Assembly: GCA_964502135.1 (NCBI GenBank)
Contig: CAZCUO010000027.1
Span: 1-41,924 of the forward strand
Length of the DNA: 41,924 nt
Reading direction: 5' to 3'
Source: an uncultured bacterium
GTDB taxonomy: Bacteria; Ratteibacteria; UBA8468; B48-G9; JAFGKM01
The notes beneath the pieces are model-generated. The model was given only the letters and a program-made list of their open reading frames with translations, had not been told where the DNA came from and ran no database searches. The translations under genes and the position numbers were made by a program. Position 1 is the stretch's first letter; the number at the start of each line of letters is the position of its first letter. Of the stretch, positions 26,937-36,167 are shown piece after piece.

Positions 26937-27972
26937 TGTTTATTTTCTACCTATTAAAAAAATAAATGAATTTGAAAAATTTATTGATGAAATTAAATTA
27001 TTTGATAATTTTAAAGAAAAGGATATTGTAGGTTTAAAAATACACTTTGGGAATACATCTCATAAAAATCAAATCCCTCCTGAATATATAAAACCAATAG
27101 TAAATAAACTAAAAAGTAAAGGTGTGTCAATTTTTTTAACTGATACAAATGTTTTATATAGAGGAGAAAGAGACGATACTTTTTCTCACCTTGAAGTTGC
27201 TTATAAAAATGAATTTGGGAAACTCAATATACCAATATTAATTGCAGGAGGGTTTAATGGAGATTATGAGTTTGAGATTAAAATAAATGGAAAACATTTC
27301 ACAAATTTATATTTTGCAAAAGAATACAAAGAATTTACAGGTATGATTGTATTAACCCATTTCAAAGGTCATAGCCTTGCAGGAGTTGGAGGAACTATTA
27401 AAAATGTAGGAATGGGATGTGCTTCAAGAAAAGGTAAATTTACAATGCATTCAAATGTTACTCCTATGGTTAATCTTTCTATATGTACTGGATGTGGAAA
27501 ATGTGAAAAAGAATGTTTATTTGGTGCAATTTCAATTAAAAATAAAAAAGCATATATAGATGATAAAAAATGTAAAGGATGCGCATGGTGTATACATGTT
27601 TGTCCTTTTGGTGCAATAAATGTTCCATGGAATAGTGTTTCTCCTGAAATATTTCAGGAAAGGATCTGTGAATATGCATATGGAATTATAAATTATTATA
27701 AAAACAAATTTTTTGCAGTTAATTTTTTGATAAACATTTCGGAAGATTGTGATTGTTGTAAAAATCCTGGTAAAATATTATCTGAAGATATAGGAATTTG
27801 TATTTCAGATGACCCAGTTGCTATTGATAAATGTTCAATTGATTTAATAAATAAATCAAATGGGTATGATGTGTTTCTAAAAAATAAACCAAATTTAAAC
27901 TATTCACATCAATTTTTTTATGGAGAAAAGATTGGACTTGGTTCAACTCAGTATAATCTTATTATATTTTAA
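26929..27972 (+). CDS. DUF362-family protein with inserted 2x[4Fe-4S] ferredoxin motifs
   Basis: VGLKIHFG, FLTDTNV, HFKGHSLAGVGGTIKN.GMG blocks typical of DUF362, plus CTGCGKCEKEC and CKGCAWCIHVCP. Confidence 0.75.
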   Translation: MTNVYFLPIKKINEFEKFIDEIKLFDNFKEKDIVGLKIHFGNTSHKNQIPPEYIKPIVNKLKSKGVSIFLTDTNVLYRGERDDTFSHLEVAYKNEFGKLNIPILIAGGFNGDYEFEIKINGKHFTNLYFAKEYKEFTGMIVLTHFKGHSLAGVGGTIKNVGMGCASRKGKFTMHSNVTPMVNLSICTGCGKCEKECLFGAISIKNKKAYIDDKKCKGCAWCIHVCPFGAINVPWNSVSPEIFQERICEYAYGIINYYKNKFFAVNFLINISEDCDCCKNPGKILSEDIGICISDDPVAIDKCSIDLINKSNGYDVFLKNKPNLNYSHQFFYGEKIGLGSTQYNLIIF

Positions 27973-29561
27973 ACTTCAATAAAGTTCCATCTTGAGGAGA
28001 AATCCGATTCTTTTAAATATTCATTAATATCTATCCCTTCTTCTTTAAAACTTTCAATCCATTTATTAAAATCAAAAAATTCACTCCAGTTTTCAAATTT
28101 TGCTCCTTTTCTCCACACATTATGAATAATTTTTGATAACTTTTCATCCCCTCTACCAAGAAAACATTCAACACAACTTACTTCATATGGCTGAAAATTT
28201 AATTTAACATATTTATTTTTTTTCAATTTTGTTATTATATAATTTCTTTTTTCTTCATACTCTTGTTTTGTTATAAATTTTTTATTCTGATAAAAAGTAT
28301 GAGGCTTGGGAATAAAAGTGTTAAATGATGCTTTAACAAAAATAATTTTTGAGATTTCATTTATAAGTTTAACAACATCCTTTATATCTTCATCTGTCTC
28401 ATTTGGAAGCCCAATCATAAAATATAATTTTATATGCCTGTAATTATTTTTTCTCGCCTCCAAAGCAAGATTTAATATTTCTTCGTCACTTATATTTTTA
28501 CCTATTTCCTTTCTCAATTTCTCTCCTGTTTCTGGTGCAAAAGTTAAATTTGTTTTTTTAATTTCTTTTATTTTTAAAGCAAGTTGAAATGAAAATGTAT
28601 CTATTCTTAAAGATGGAAAAGAAATAGATACTTTCTTATCTTTAAATTCATCAACAAGTTTCATAACAATTTTTTCTATTTCAGGATGGTCTCCCGCAGA
28701 AAAGGAAAGAAGAGATATTTCTTCATAACCTGTATTTTGGTATGCTTTTTGGGCAAGTTCAACAATTTTATCAACTTTTTTTATTCTCACGGGTTTCCAA
28801 CAACTTCCTGCCTGACAAAATTTACAGTTTTGTCCACACCCCCTCATTATTTCTATTGAAATTCTATCATGAATTATATTTGTTAAAGGTACAATATAAT
28901 TTACGGGAAAATATGATTCGTTAAAATTTTTAACAAATGCCTTTTTAATTCTCTCTTTTTTTAACAATGGAACAAAAACAGATTCAATTTTATTTAAATT
29001 TTCAAGTATTTTATATCTGCTTCCTTTATTTTCTCTTATTGTATCTACTATTTCATTTATAACATCTTCTCCTTCTCCAATAACAAAAGCATCAACAAAT
29101 GGCAAAAGGGGTAGAGGATTAAATGTTGAATTACCACCCACAATTACAATTGGATGAAAATCCTTTCTTTCTTCAGAAAACAATGGAATATTTGAAAGAT
29201 ATAAGATGTTTAAAAAATTTGTATAATTAAGTTCAGAGGACAAACTAACTCCAATTATATCAAATGAATGTAAAGGGCTTTTAGTTTCTAAACTAAATAA
29301 AGGAATTTTTTCCTTTTTCATAAATTCTTCCAAATCAACCCAAGGCGAAAAAAATCTCTCGCAGAAACAGTCATCCCTTTTATTTAAAATTCCATACAGA
29401 ATTCTTATTCCAAGAGATGACATACCAACTTCATATATGTCAGGAAAACCAATTGCAAATTTTATCTGGCTCTTTCTTTTTATCACTATATTTATTTCAT
29501 TCCCAATGTATCTTGCAGGATTTTCAACGAAAGGAAGAATTTTCTCTATTTTCTTTTCCAT
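27969..29561 (-). CDS. radical SAM enzyme with N-terminal B12-binding-like domain (TIGR03960-like, function unknown)
   Basis: CGQNCKFCQAG (CxxxCxxC). The N-terminal PARYIGNEIN motif and overall length are typical of this conserved uncharacterised radical SAM family. Starts 2 nt after the rodA stop. Confidence 0.8.
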   Translation of the reverse strand: MEKKIEKILPFVENPARYIGNEINIVIKRKSQIKFAIGFPDIYEVGMSSLGIRILYGILNKRDDCFCERFFSPWVDLEEFMKKEKIPLFSLETKSPLHSFDIIGVSLSSELNYTNFLNILYLSNIPLFSEERKDFHPIVIVGGNSTFNPLPLLPFVDAFVIGEGEDVINEIVDTIRENKGSRYKILENLNKIESVFVPLLKKERIKKAFVKNFNESYFPVNYIVPLTNIIHDRISIEIMRGCGQNCKFCQAGSCWKPVRIKKVDKIVELAQKAYQNTGYEEISLLSFSAGDHPEIEKIVMKLVDEFKDKKVSISFPSLRIDTFSFQLALKIKEIKKTNLTFAPETGEKLRKEIGKNISDEEILNLALEARKNNYRHIKLYFMIGLPNETDEDIKDVVKLINEISKIIFVKASFNTFIPKPHTFYQNKKFITKQEYEEKRNYIITKLKKNKYVKLNFQPYEVSCVECFLGRGDEKLSKIIHNVWRKGAKFENWSEFFDFNKWIESFKEEGIDINEYLKESDFSSRWNFIEV

Positions 29562-29563
29562 GA

Positions 29564-30658
29564 CTAAAATAATGTTGAATATTTTTCAATACTTGAAAGA
29601 ATTATTACACATAAAAGAGAAACAATTAAAGATGAACCACCATAACTTATAAATGGAAGTGGAATACCAACTATAGGGAAAATGCCCAATGTCATTCCAA
29701 GATTTATAAGAAAGTGGCCTGCAAACATTACAAAAATTCCACAAGCAACATACTTTCCAAATTCTGTTTTTGAAATACTGATAATCTCAAGAATTTTATC
29801 TAAAAAGTAAAAATAAAGAAGAATGAAAATTACAACTCCTATAAAACCAAATTCTTCTGCAATCAAACAGAAAATAAAGTCAGTATGATATTCTGGTAAA
29901 AAAGCGAGTTTTGTCTGAGTCCCTTTCATAAAACCTTTACCAATTAATCCACCTGAACCTATTGTAATTTTAGATTGCAATATATTATAACCTTTTCCAA
30001 GAGGATCTCTCATTGGATTTAAAAAAACTAAAATTCTTTCTTTCTGATAATCTTTCATCACTGTCCAAATTAAAGGGGAAACAAAAATTGCAAATAAAAA
30101 AAGTGATATTAATTGTGCCCTTGTTATTCCTGCAATATAACTTATCCCTAAAAAGATAAAAATAAAAATAAGTGCTGTTCCAAGATTTGGTTGTTTAAAT
30201 ACAAGCAAAAATGGTATTCCAACTATTATTAAACTTATAAATAAAATAGGAAATCTCCTTATATTTTTATTTGAAAGGAAAGAGGATAAAGCGAGAATAA
30301 TAACAAGTTTTGCAAATTCAGATGGTTGAAAATAAAACCACCCAAGTCCTATCCATCTTGAAGCTCTTCCTTCACCTTTAAAAAGTACAATTATAAGTAA
30401 AAAAATGGTAATGAAATAAAATAAATAAGACCATTTTTCTAAACTTCTATAATCCCCATTTCTAAAAACATAAACAAAAATCGTTCCTATTAAAACCCAT
30501 AAAATTTGCTTTATAAAAAAACTTTCCTTTGTTATAACTCCTTTTGAAGCACTGAAAAGAATAATGAGTCCAAAAAATATTAAAATATAACTAATAAAAA
30601 TAATGTCTCTTTCTTTAAATCTGCTCATAAAATATTTCAGTTTCTGTTTCATTTTCAT
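29564..30658 (-). CDS. rodA: SEDS-family peptidoglycan glycosyltransferase RodA
   Basis: Ten-TM FtsW/RodA/SpoVE pattern (QPSEFAK, LQPDLG-like QPNLGTA, PE.HTDFIF, GIPLPF.SYGGSS). Sits downstream of mrdA. The start could be an internal Met at 30628. Confidence 0.9.
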   Translation of the reverse strand: MKMKQKLKYFMSRFKERDIIFISYILIFFGLIILFSASKGVITKESFFIKQILWVLIGTIFVYVFRNGDYRSLEKWSYLFYFITIFLLIIVLFKGEGRASRWIGLGWFYFQPSEFAKLVIILALSSFLSNKNIRRFPILFISLIIVGIPFLLVFKQPNLGTALIFIFIFLGISYIAGITRAQLISLFLFAIFVSPLIWTVMKDYQKERILVFLNPMRDPLGKGYNILQSKITIGSGGLIGKGFMKGTQTKLAFLPEYHTDFIFCLIAEEFGFIGVVIFILLYFYFLDKILEIISISKTEFGKYVACGIFVMFAGHFLINLGMTLGIFPIVGIPLPFISYGGSSLIVSLLCVIILSSIEKYSTLF

Positions 30659-32348
30659 CCTCTATTTCTTCTGGAATAAAGATTCTTTTTAATATTCTCC
30701 CTGCTATTTCTGCTGCCTGCGGCGAAGAACCATAATCAAGAAAAACAACAACAGCAATTTTAGGTCTGTCAAATGGTGCATAACAAACAAAAGCACCATA
30801 GGTTGGTAATTCAAGTTGTGTTGCTGCCCTTTGGGCAGTTCCAGTTTTACCAGCGATTTCAAGATTTTCTATTTTTGCTCTGATTCCTGTTCCAAATTCT
30901 ACAACATTTTTAAGCCCCTTTCTTAATATATCAAGTACTTCTTGGTCAATATATACTGTTTTTCTTAAATTTGGCTGTGATTCTTTCAATATTTCTCTTT
31001 TTGAGGAAACTATTTTTTTTAGTATAAATGGTTGCCAAATATTGCCACCATTGGCTATTGTTGAAATTAAAGACAAAAGTTGGATTGGAGTTGTTGTAAT
31101 TGGACCCTGTCCAATTGAAAGATTTAATGGGTCTGCTTCTGTAGGTTCTGGAATAACCCCAGATACTTCTCCTGGCAAATCTATTCCTGTGGGTTTCCCA
31201 AGTTCAAATTTTTTAGCATATTCAATTAATTTTGAAACCCCAACTTTTACTCCAATAGTTCCAAAAAATATATTACATGAAAATGGTAAAGCAAAGTTAA
31301 TATCAACCCATCCATGCCCCTCTTCTTTCCAACAGTGAAAAATTCTATCTCCTATTTCCATAGCACCAGTACACTCTATTCTATCATATTCTTTAATTAC
31401 ACCAGTTTCTAAAGCAGCTATTTCAGTTATTATTTTAAAAATTGAACCAGGAGGATACGCACCTTTTATAACTCTATTAAAAAATGGCTTCTCAAGATGT
31501 TTTTTCTCTTTAAGATATAAAACAATATTCTCTGGATCAAAAGAAGGGTTACTTACTAAGGCAAGTACTTCTCCATTTCTTGGATCCATAATTGCAACAC
31601 AACCTTTCCTATCACCGAGTTCTTCATAGGCAATTTCCTGTATTGTGGCATCTATTGTTAAAAATATATCATTACCTGGAATCCCTTCTTTCTTCCCAAG
31701 TATTCTCCTCTGATGTCCTAAAGCATCTACTTCAACTTGGATACCTCCTGGAACACCTCTTAAATACTCATCATATTGTTTTTCAATTCCATCCTGACCT
31801 ATAAAATCTCCCATTTGATACCCTTTATCTTTCAATTTTTCAAGTTGTGATTGTGTAATCTCGCCAAGATAGCCGAGTAAATGTGCGGTTTTTTTCCCAA
31901 ATAGATATACCCTTTTTATACTTTCTTGAACAAACACACCTGGTAAATCATTTAAATTTTCTTCAATCAATGAGATTTCCTTACTGCTTAAATCTCTTTT
32001 TAAAATAATTCTATCAAAAGGATTAATATATTTTTTGGTTAATTTTTTAATTAAATATTCTTTATCAAGGTCACAAATGCTTGAAAGAATTTCTACAACT
32101 TTTTCAATATTTTTTAAATCATAGGGAACAAAAACAAGATTTGCAGAAGGAGCATCTTTTGCAAGAACCCTTCCATTTCTATCATAAATAACCCCTCTTG
32201 GTATACCTGTCTCTATAGTTCTTATGCAGTTTTTAATAGATAGTTGATAATAATATGGATACTTGATAATTTGAAGGTAAAAGCATCTCAATATAATTAC
32301 ATAAATGAAAAAAATTACAAATTTCCTTAAAAATATTTCTCTTCCCAT
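30615..32348 (-). CDS. mrdA: penicillin-binding protein 2 (elongasome transpeptidase)
   Basis: N-terminal TM, SxxK (GSIFK), SxN (SCN), KTG (GKTGTAQ). Position between mreD and rodA. Confidence 0.92.
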   Translation of the reverse strand: MGREIFLRKFVIFFIYVIILRCFYLQIIKYPYYYQLSIKNCIRTIETGIPRGVIYDRNGRVLAKDAPSANLVFVPYDLKNIEKVVEILSSICDLDKEYLIKKLTKKYINPFDRIILKRDLSSKEISLIEENLNDLPGVFVQESIKRVYLFGKKTAHLLGYLGEITQSQLEKLKDKGYQMGDFIGQDGIEKQYDEYLRGVPGGIQVEVDALGHQRRILGKKEGIPGNDIFLTIDATIQEIAYEELGDRKGCVAIMDPRNGEVLALVSNPSFDPENIVLYLKEKKHLEKPFFNRVIKGAYPPGSIFKIITEIAALETGVIKEYDRIECTGAMEIGDRIFHCWKEEGHGWVDINFALPFSCNIFFGTIGVKVGVSKLIEYAKKFELGKPTGIDLPGEVSGVIPEPTEADPLNLSIGQGPITTTPIQLLSLISTIANGGNIWQPFILKKIVSSKREILKESQPNLRKTVYIDQEVLDILRKGLKNVVEFGTGIRAKIENLEIAGKTGTAQRAATQLELPTYGAFVCYAPFDRPKIAVVVFLDYGSSPQAAEIAGRILKRIFIPEEIEDENETETEIFYEQI

Positions 32349-32806
32349 CTTTTTTTAATCTCTTTTGCAAATGTTGCGATAATAATTGTTATCAAAAAGT
32401 TATAAAATGAAAACAAAATTGCATATTTTAATAAAATTTTACCACTCCAAATAAATTCTACTTTTTTTTCTAAATTAGAGAAAACAAAATATAAAAAACT
32501 AAAAATAAATATAAAAATACTTTTTTCTTTAATTGATTTTACCACAAAAAATGAGGAAAAATAAACAATTAAAAGATATCTTATAGAAGAAATCCCTAAA
32601 ACCCCTTTTGAGAAAAAATCATTAAGAATACCTAAGAAAAAACTTAAAAACAAAGATAGTTCTGGAGCACCTTCAAAGGAGAGTAACAAAAGATAGATTA
32701 AAAAAAAGGAGGGAATTATCTTAAAATTTAAAAAATTGTAAAGGATATACTGAAAAATTGATACCACCAAAATTTCTTCTAAAAAAATAAAAATTTTCCT
32801 ATTCAC
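32327..32806 (-). CDS. mreD: rod shape-determining protein MreD
   Basis: Small polytopic membrane protein directly after mreC. The call rests on position and hydrophobicity. Confidence 0.7.
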   Translation of the reverse strand: MNRKIFIFLEEILVVSIFQYILYNFLNFKIIPSFFLIYLLLLSFEGAPELSLFLSFFLGILNDFFSKGVLGISSIRYLLIVYFSSFFVVKSIKEKSIFIFIFSFLYFVFSNLEKKVEFIWSGKILLKYAILFSFYNFLITIIIATFAKEIKKRWEEKYF

Positions 32807-33467
32807 AGATTATTACCTCCTTAAAACCCAAAGATGATACATATGGTTTAACCCATATTTTAAGAAAAAGAGAATCTCTATTTCTCTCAATTTTATATAC
32901 TTTTCCTATTTTAATTCCATAGAAATAATATTCACTAAAGCCAGAGGTATAAATATCATCTCCTATTTTAATTTTACTATCATATGGTATATATTTTAAC
33001 AAAACAAAAGGAGCATAACCACCTTCAATTATTCCAATTTCTTTTGTTGAACTAACTATTACACTAATTCTTGTTTTTTTATTAAAAATTGAAATGATTT
33101 TGGAATAGTTATCCATAATTTCTTCAACTTTACCAATAAGAAACAAATCTTTCGTAACTGCTATCATATTTTTTTTTATTCCATCTTTTATCCCCTTATT
33201 AATTATTATTTCGCCTGGGAAAATATAGGGAGATATACCAATAACTTCTGCAACATTAAATTGTGATATTATTTTTTTTTCTTTTAAATTTAGTATTTCT
33301 CTTAACCTTTTGTTTTCCTCAATAATTTCATCATAGTTAAAAAAATACTGGTTTTTAATTGGTGGTAGTGATTTATTTTTTCTAATATTTAAAGTGCGTT
33401 TCTCAATTATAAAAGAAAAAAATAATAAAATTAAAAAAATTAACTCTTTCCTAAAACGCCATAACAT
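32799..33467 (-). CDS. mreC: rod shape-determining protein MreC
   Basis: N-terminal TM, coiled-coil ENKRLREIL, then beta-rich domains (G..V.....G.IG.V). Position after mreB. Confidence 0.8.
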   Translation of the reverse strand: MLWRFRKELIFLILLFFSFIIEKRTLNIRKNKSLPPIKNQYFFNYDEIIEENKRLREILNLKEKKIISQFNVAEVIGISPYIFPGEIIINKGIKDGIKKNMIAVTKDLFLIGKVEEIMDNYSKIISIFNKKTRISVIVSSTKEIGIIEGGYAPFVLLKYIPYDSKIKIGDDIYTSGFSEYYFYGIKIGKVYKIERNRDSLFLKIWVKPYVSSLGFKEVIICE

Positions 33468-33469
33468 TT

Positions 33470-34495
33470 CTATTCCTGAGGGATTTGTTTAAAATATTTT
33501 TCTTCCTCAAGCATAATGCCTGTGCCTCTAACAACTGCAGTTAAAGGGTCTTCTGCTATTTTTACAGGAAGTTTAGTTTCACTTGATATAAGTTTATCTA
33601 TTCCTCTTAAAAGAGCACCCCCTCCTGTAATAACAAGCCCGTTCTTTATTAAATCACTTGATAATTCAGGAGGGGTCTCTTCAAGAATATCTCTTACTGC
33701 ATTGACAATTATATTTAATGTATCTTTTAATGCTTCTCTTATTTCAGCAGAATTTATTCTAACAACTTTCGGTAATCCTTCAACTAAACTCCTTCCATGA
33801 ACGTCCATATATAATTCTTCTTCAAGAGGATATGCAGAACCAATATTGATTTTTATTTCTTCTGCTGTTCTTTCACCTATTAAAAGATTGTATTTCTTTT
33901 TTAAATATTCAATAATTGCCTCATCAAATTCATTACCAGCAACCCTCAAACTTTTTGTTATCACAATCCCACCCAAAGAAATTACAGCCATTTCTGTGGT
34001 CCCTCCACCTATATCAAGAATAAAACTTCCACAAGGCTCCTCCACAGGAAGCCCAACTCCAATTGCTGCTGCCATTGGTTCTTCCACTAATTTTACCATT
34101 CTTGCACCTGCTTTTAGTGCTGTCTCCTTAACAGCTCGCCTTTCAACATTTGTAATTCCAGAAGGAACTGCAATAACAATTCTTGGAGGTAAAACAAATC
34201 TATGTTTTTGTGTTTTAACTTTTGCTATAAAATATCTTAACATTGATTCACATGCTTCAAAATCTGCAATTACTCCGTCTTTCATTGGTTTCATTGCTAT
34301 AATATTTGAAGGTGTTTTTCCAAGCATTCTTTTTGCCTCTTCACCAACTGCAACAATTTTTTTTGTTTCAATATTTATAGCAACTATTGATGGCTCCATA
34401 AGAACTACACCTTTACCTCTAACATAAACACAAGTATTTGCAGTTCCAAGATCAATCCCAAGGTCACTTGAGAAGAAATTTAAAAACTTAACCAT
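33470..34495 (-). CDS. mreB: rod shape-determining actin homologue MreB
   Basis: DLGIDLGTANT, EPMAAAIG, DIGGGTTE, and GGGALLRG blocks. Confidence 0.97.
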   Translation of the reverse strand: MVKFLNFFSSDLGIDLGTANTCVYVRGKGVVLMEPSIVAINIETKKIVAVGEEAKRMLGKTPSNIIAMKPMKDGVIADFEACESMLRYFIAKVKTQKHRFVLPPRIVIAVPSGITNVERRAVKETALKAGARMVKLVEEPMAAAIGVGLPVEEPCGSFILDIGGGTTEMAVISLGGIVITKSLRVAGNEFDEAIIEYLKKKYNLLIGERTAEEIKINIGSAYPLEEELYMDVHGRSLVEGLPKVVRINSAEIREALKDTLNIIVNAVRDILEETPPELSSDLIKNGLVITGGGALLRGIDKLISSETKLPVKIAEDPLTAVVRGTGIMLEEEKYFKQIPQE

Positions 34496-34510
34496 TTTTA
34501 TCTCCTATTT

Positions 34511-34774
34511 TTATTCTTCTATTACTTTATAAACTATATCCCCTTCTCTAACATAATCTGAAACTTTTATTCCTATTTCTTCACCAGGCATAGCAACTTC
34601 TATTTGTTGATGTTCTTTCTGCATAGATTCAACAACCTGATTAAAATCAGTTGTATGCCCTTTGATATGAATTTTATCACCAACTCTCAATTCATTATTT
34701 AAAATTTTAATAGCAGCAACTTTTATTTTTGTATAAAAATGAATTACTTTACCTACTTCAATTTCCTTTATCAT
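34511..34774 (-). CDS. small stand-alone beta-barrel protein resembling EF-Tu domain II (translation elongation factor-like protein)
   Basis: 87 aa. VGKVIHFYTKIKVAAIKI..ELRVGDKIHIKG...Q.V.SMQ.EH..I..A.PGEEIGIKV...V.EGD.VY matches the GTP_EFTU_D2-like barrel pattern. Confidence 0.6.
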   Translation of the reverse strand: MIKEIEVGKVIHFYTKIKVAAIKILNNELRVGDKIHIKGHTTDFNQVVESMQKEHQQIEVAMPGEEIGIKVSDYVREGDIVYKVIEE

Positions 34775-36167
34775 TTTTAACCTCCTCTGAATTTAATATT
34801 TCAATAAAAATATTAACTATATCTGGGTCAAAATGTATTCCAGAATATCTCATTAATTCTTGTATTGCTTCTTCTTTACTCATTTTCTCTCTGTAAGGCC
34901 TTTCAGATGTCATAGCACTGTAAGCATCGGCAACAGCAATTATTTTAGCATAAATAGGAATTTTTTCCCCATTAAGTCCATAAGGATATCCAGAACCATC
35001 AATTTTTTCATGATGAAAAAGGCATGCTTCTATTTCCTCTCTCTTTAACTTTAATGGTTCAATAATTTTAAATGTTATAAGAGGATGTTTTTTTATAATT
35101 TCAAATTCATCTTCTTTTAATCTTCCAGGTTTCAAAAGAATTTGATCTTTAATACCAACTTTACCAAGATCATGCAAATAAGCAGCGTTTTCTAAAATTT
35201 TAATTTGTTCATCATTAAATCCAAGTCTTTTACCTATTAAAATTGAATAATATACAACTTCTTCTGAATGACCTTTTGTGTATTTATCCCTTGCTTCAAG
35301 AGTATTAATTAGGGATTTTATTGCATTGACATAAGAATTTTGGACTTCCTCAAATAACATTGCATTTTCAATTCCAATCCCAATTTGAATTGAAAATGAT
35401 TCAAGAAATTTTAACTCTTCTTCCTTTAAAATCCGATTTTTCTCAAAAAATAGACTCAAAATTCCAATATTTCTTTCTTTGCCTTTTATTGCAAGCAAAA
35501 CTTCAAAAAATGTTTTTTCATCTAAAAAATTAATATTACTTTCTTTAAAAAAATCTAAAAATTCTGAATTATCATAAACAGTTCTTACTTTAAATTTAAT
35601 GTCTTCAATCCTCTGTTTCCTTAAAACAAAATTCCTTCCGTATTCATCAATAAGATATATACCTATTCTTTTGGGAGTAAAAAGATTTTCTGAAATCTGT
35701 ATTATTTTTTCAAGCATTATATCTAATGAAGAAAGTGAAACTATTGTTCTGTTAAGTTCAAGAAGTGATTCAACCAGTTTTAGTTTTGATATTTCTTTTT
35801 CAAGTTTTCTAATTTTTATAACTTTCTGAATAATATCAACAAATCTTTCAATATTAAAGGGCTTTTCAATAAAATCATCTGCTCCAAGTTTAATCGCTTT
35901 TACTATATTTTCAGTTGTACCAAATCCAGTAAAAATAATAACAGGTAAATTTTCTTTTACTTCCTTAATTTTTTTTAAAACTTCAAACCCATCTATATCT
36001 GAAAGAAAGAGATCAAGAAGAACTATACTAAATTCACTCTTCTTTATCTTTTCAAGTCCTTCTTTTCCTGTTGGAGAATAATCAATTTCATATCCAAATG
36101 AATATAGAATATCTTTGACAAGATTTACAATTTCTATTTCATCATCAATTATTAAAATTTTTTCCAT
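34758..36167 (-). CDS. response regulator: REC + GAF-like + HD-GYP (putative c-di-GMP phosphodiesterase, RpfG-like)
   Basis: REC: ILIIDDE, VLLDLFLSDIDG, FTG, EKPF. HD-GYP: KGHSEEV, HDLGKVGI, HHEKIDGSGYPYGL. Confidence 0.9.
   Translation of the reverse strand: MEKILIIDDEIEIVNLVKDILYSFGYEIDYSPTGKEGLEKIKKSEFSIVLLDLFLSDIDGFEVLKKIKEVKENLPVIIFTGFGTTENIVKAIKLGADDFIEKPFNIERFVDIIQKVIKIRKLEKEISKLKLVESLLELNRTIVSLSSLDIMLEKIIQISENLFTPKRIGIYLIDEYGRNFVLRKQRIEDIKFKVRTVYDNSEFLDFFKESNINFLDEKTFFEVLLAIKGKERNIGILSLFFEKNRILKEEELKFLESFSIQIGIGIENAMLFEEVQNSYVNAIKSLINTLEARDKYTKGHSEEVVYYSILIGKRLGFNDEQIKILENAAYLHDLGKVGIKDQILLKPGRLKEDEFEIIKKHPLITFKIIEPLKLKREEIEACLFHHEKIDGSGYPYGLNGEKIPIYAKIIAVADAYSAMTSERPYREKMSKEEAIQELMRYSGIHFDPDIVNIFIEILNSEEVKNDKGN

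Noticed and set aside
33516-34427. Plus-strand ORFs 33516-33800 (94 aa) and 33846-34427 (193 aa).
   Set aside because: They are antisense to mreB. Long open antisense frames are common opposite highly conserved genes, and there are no start signals.
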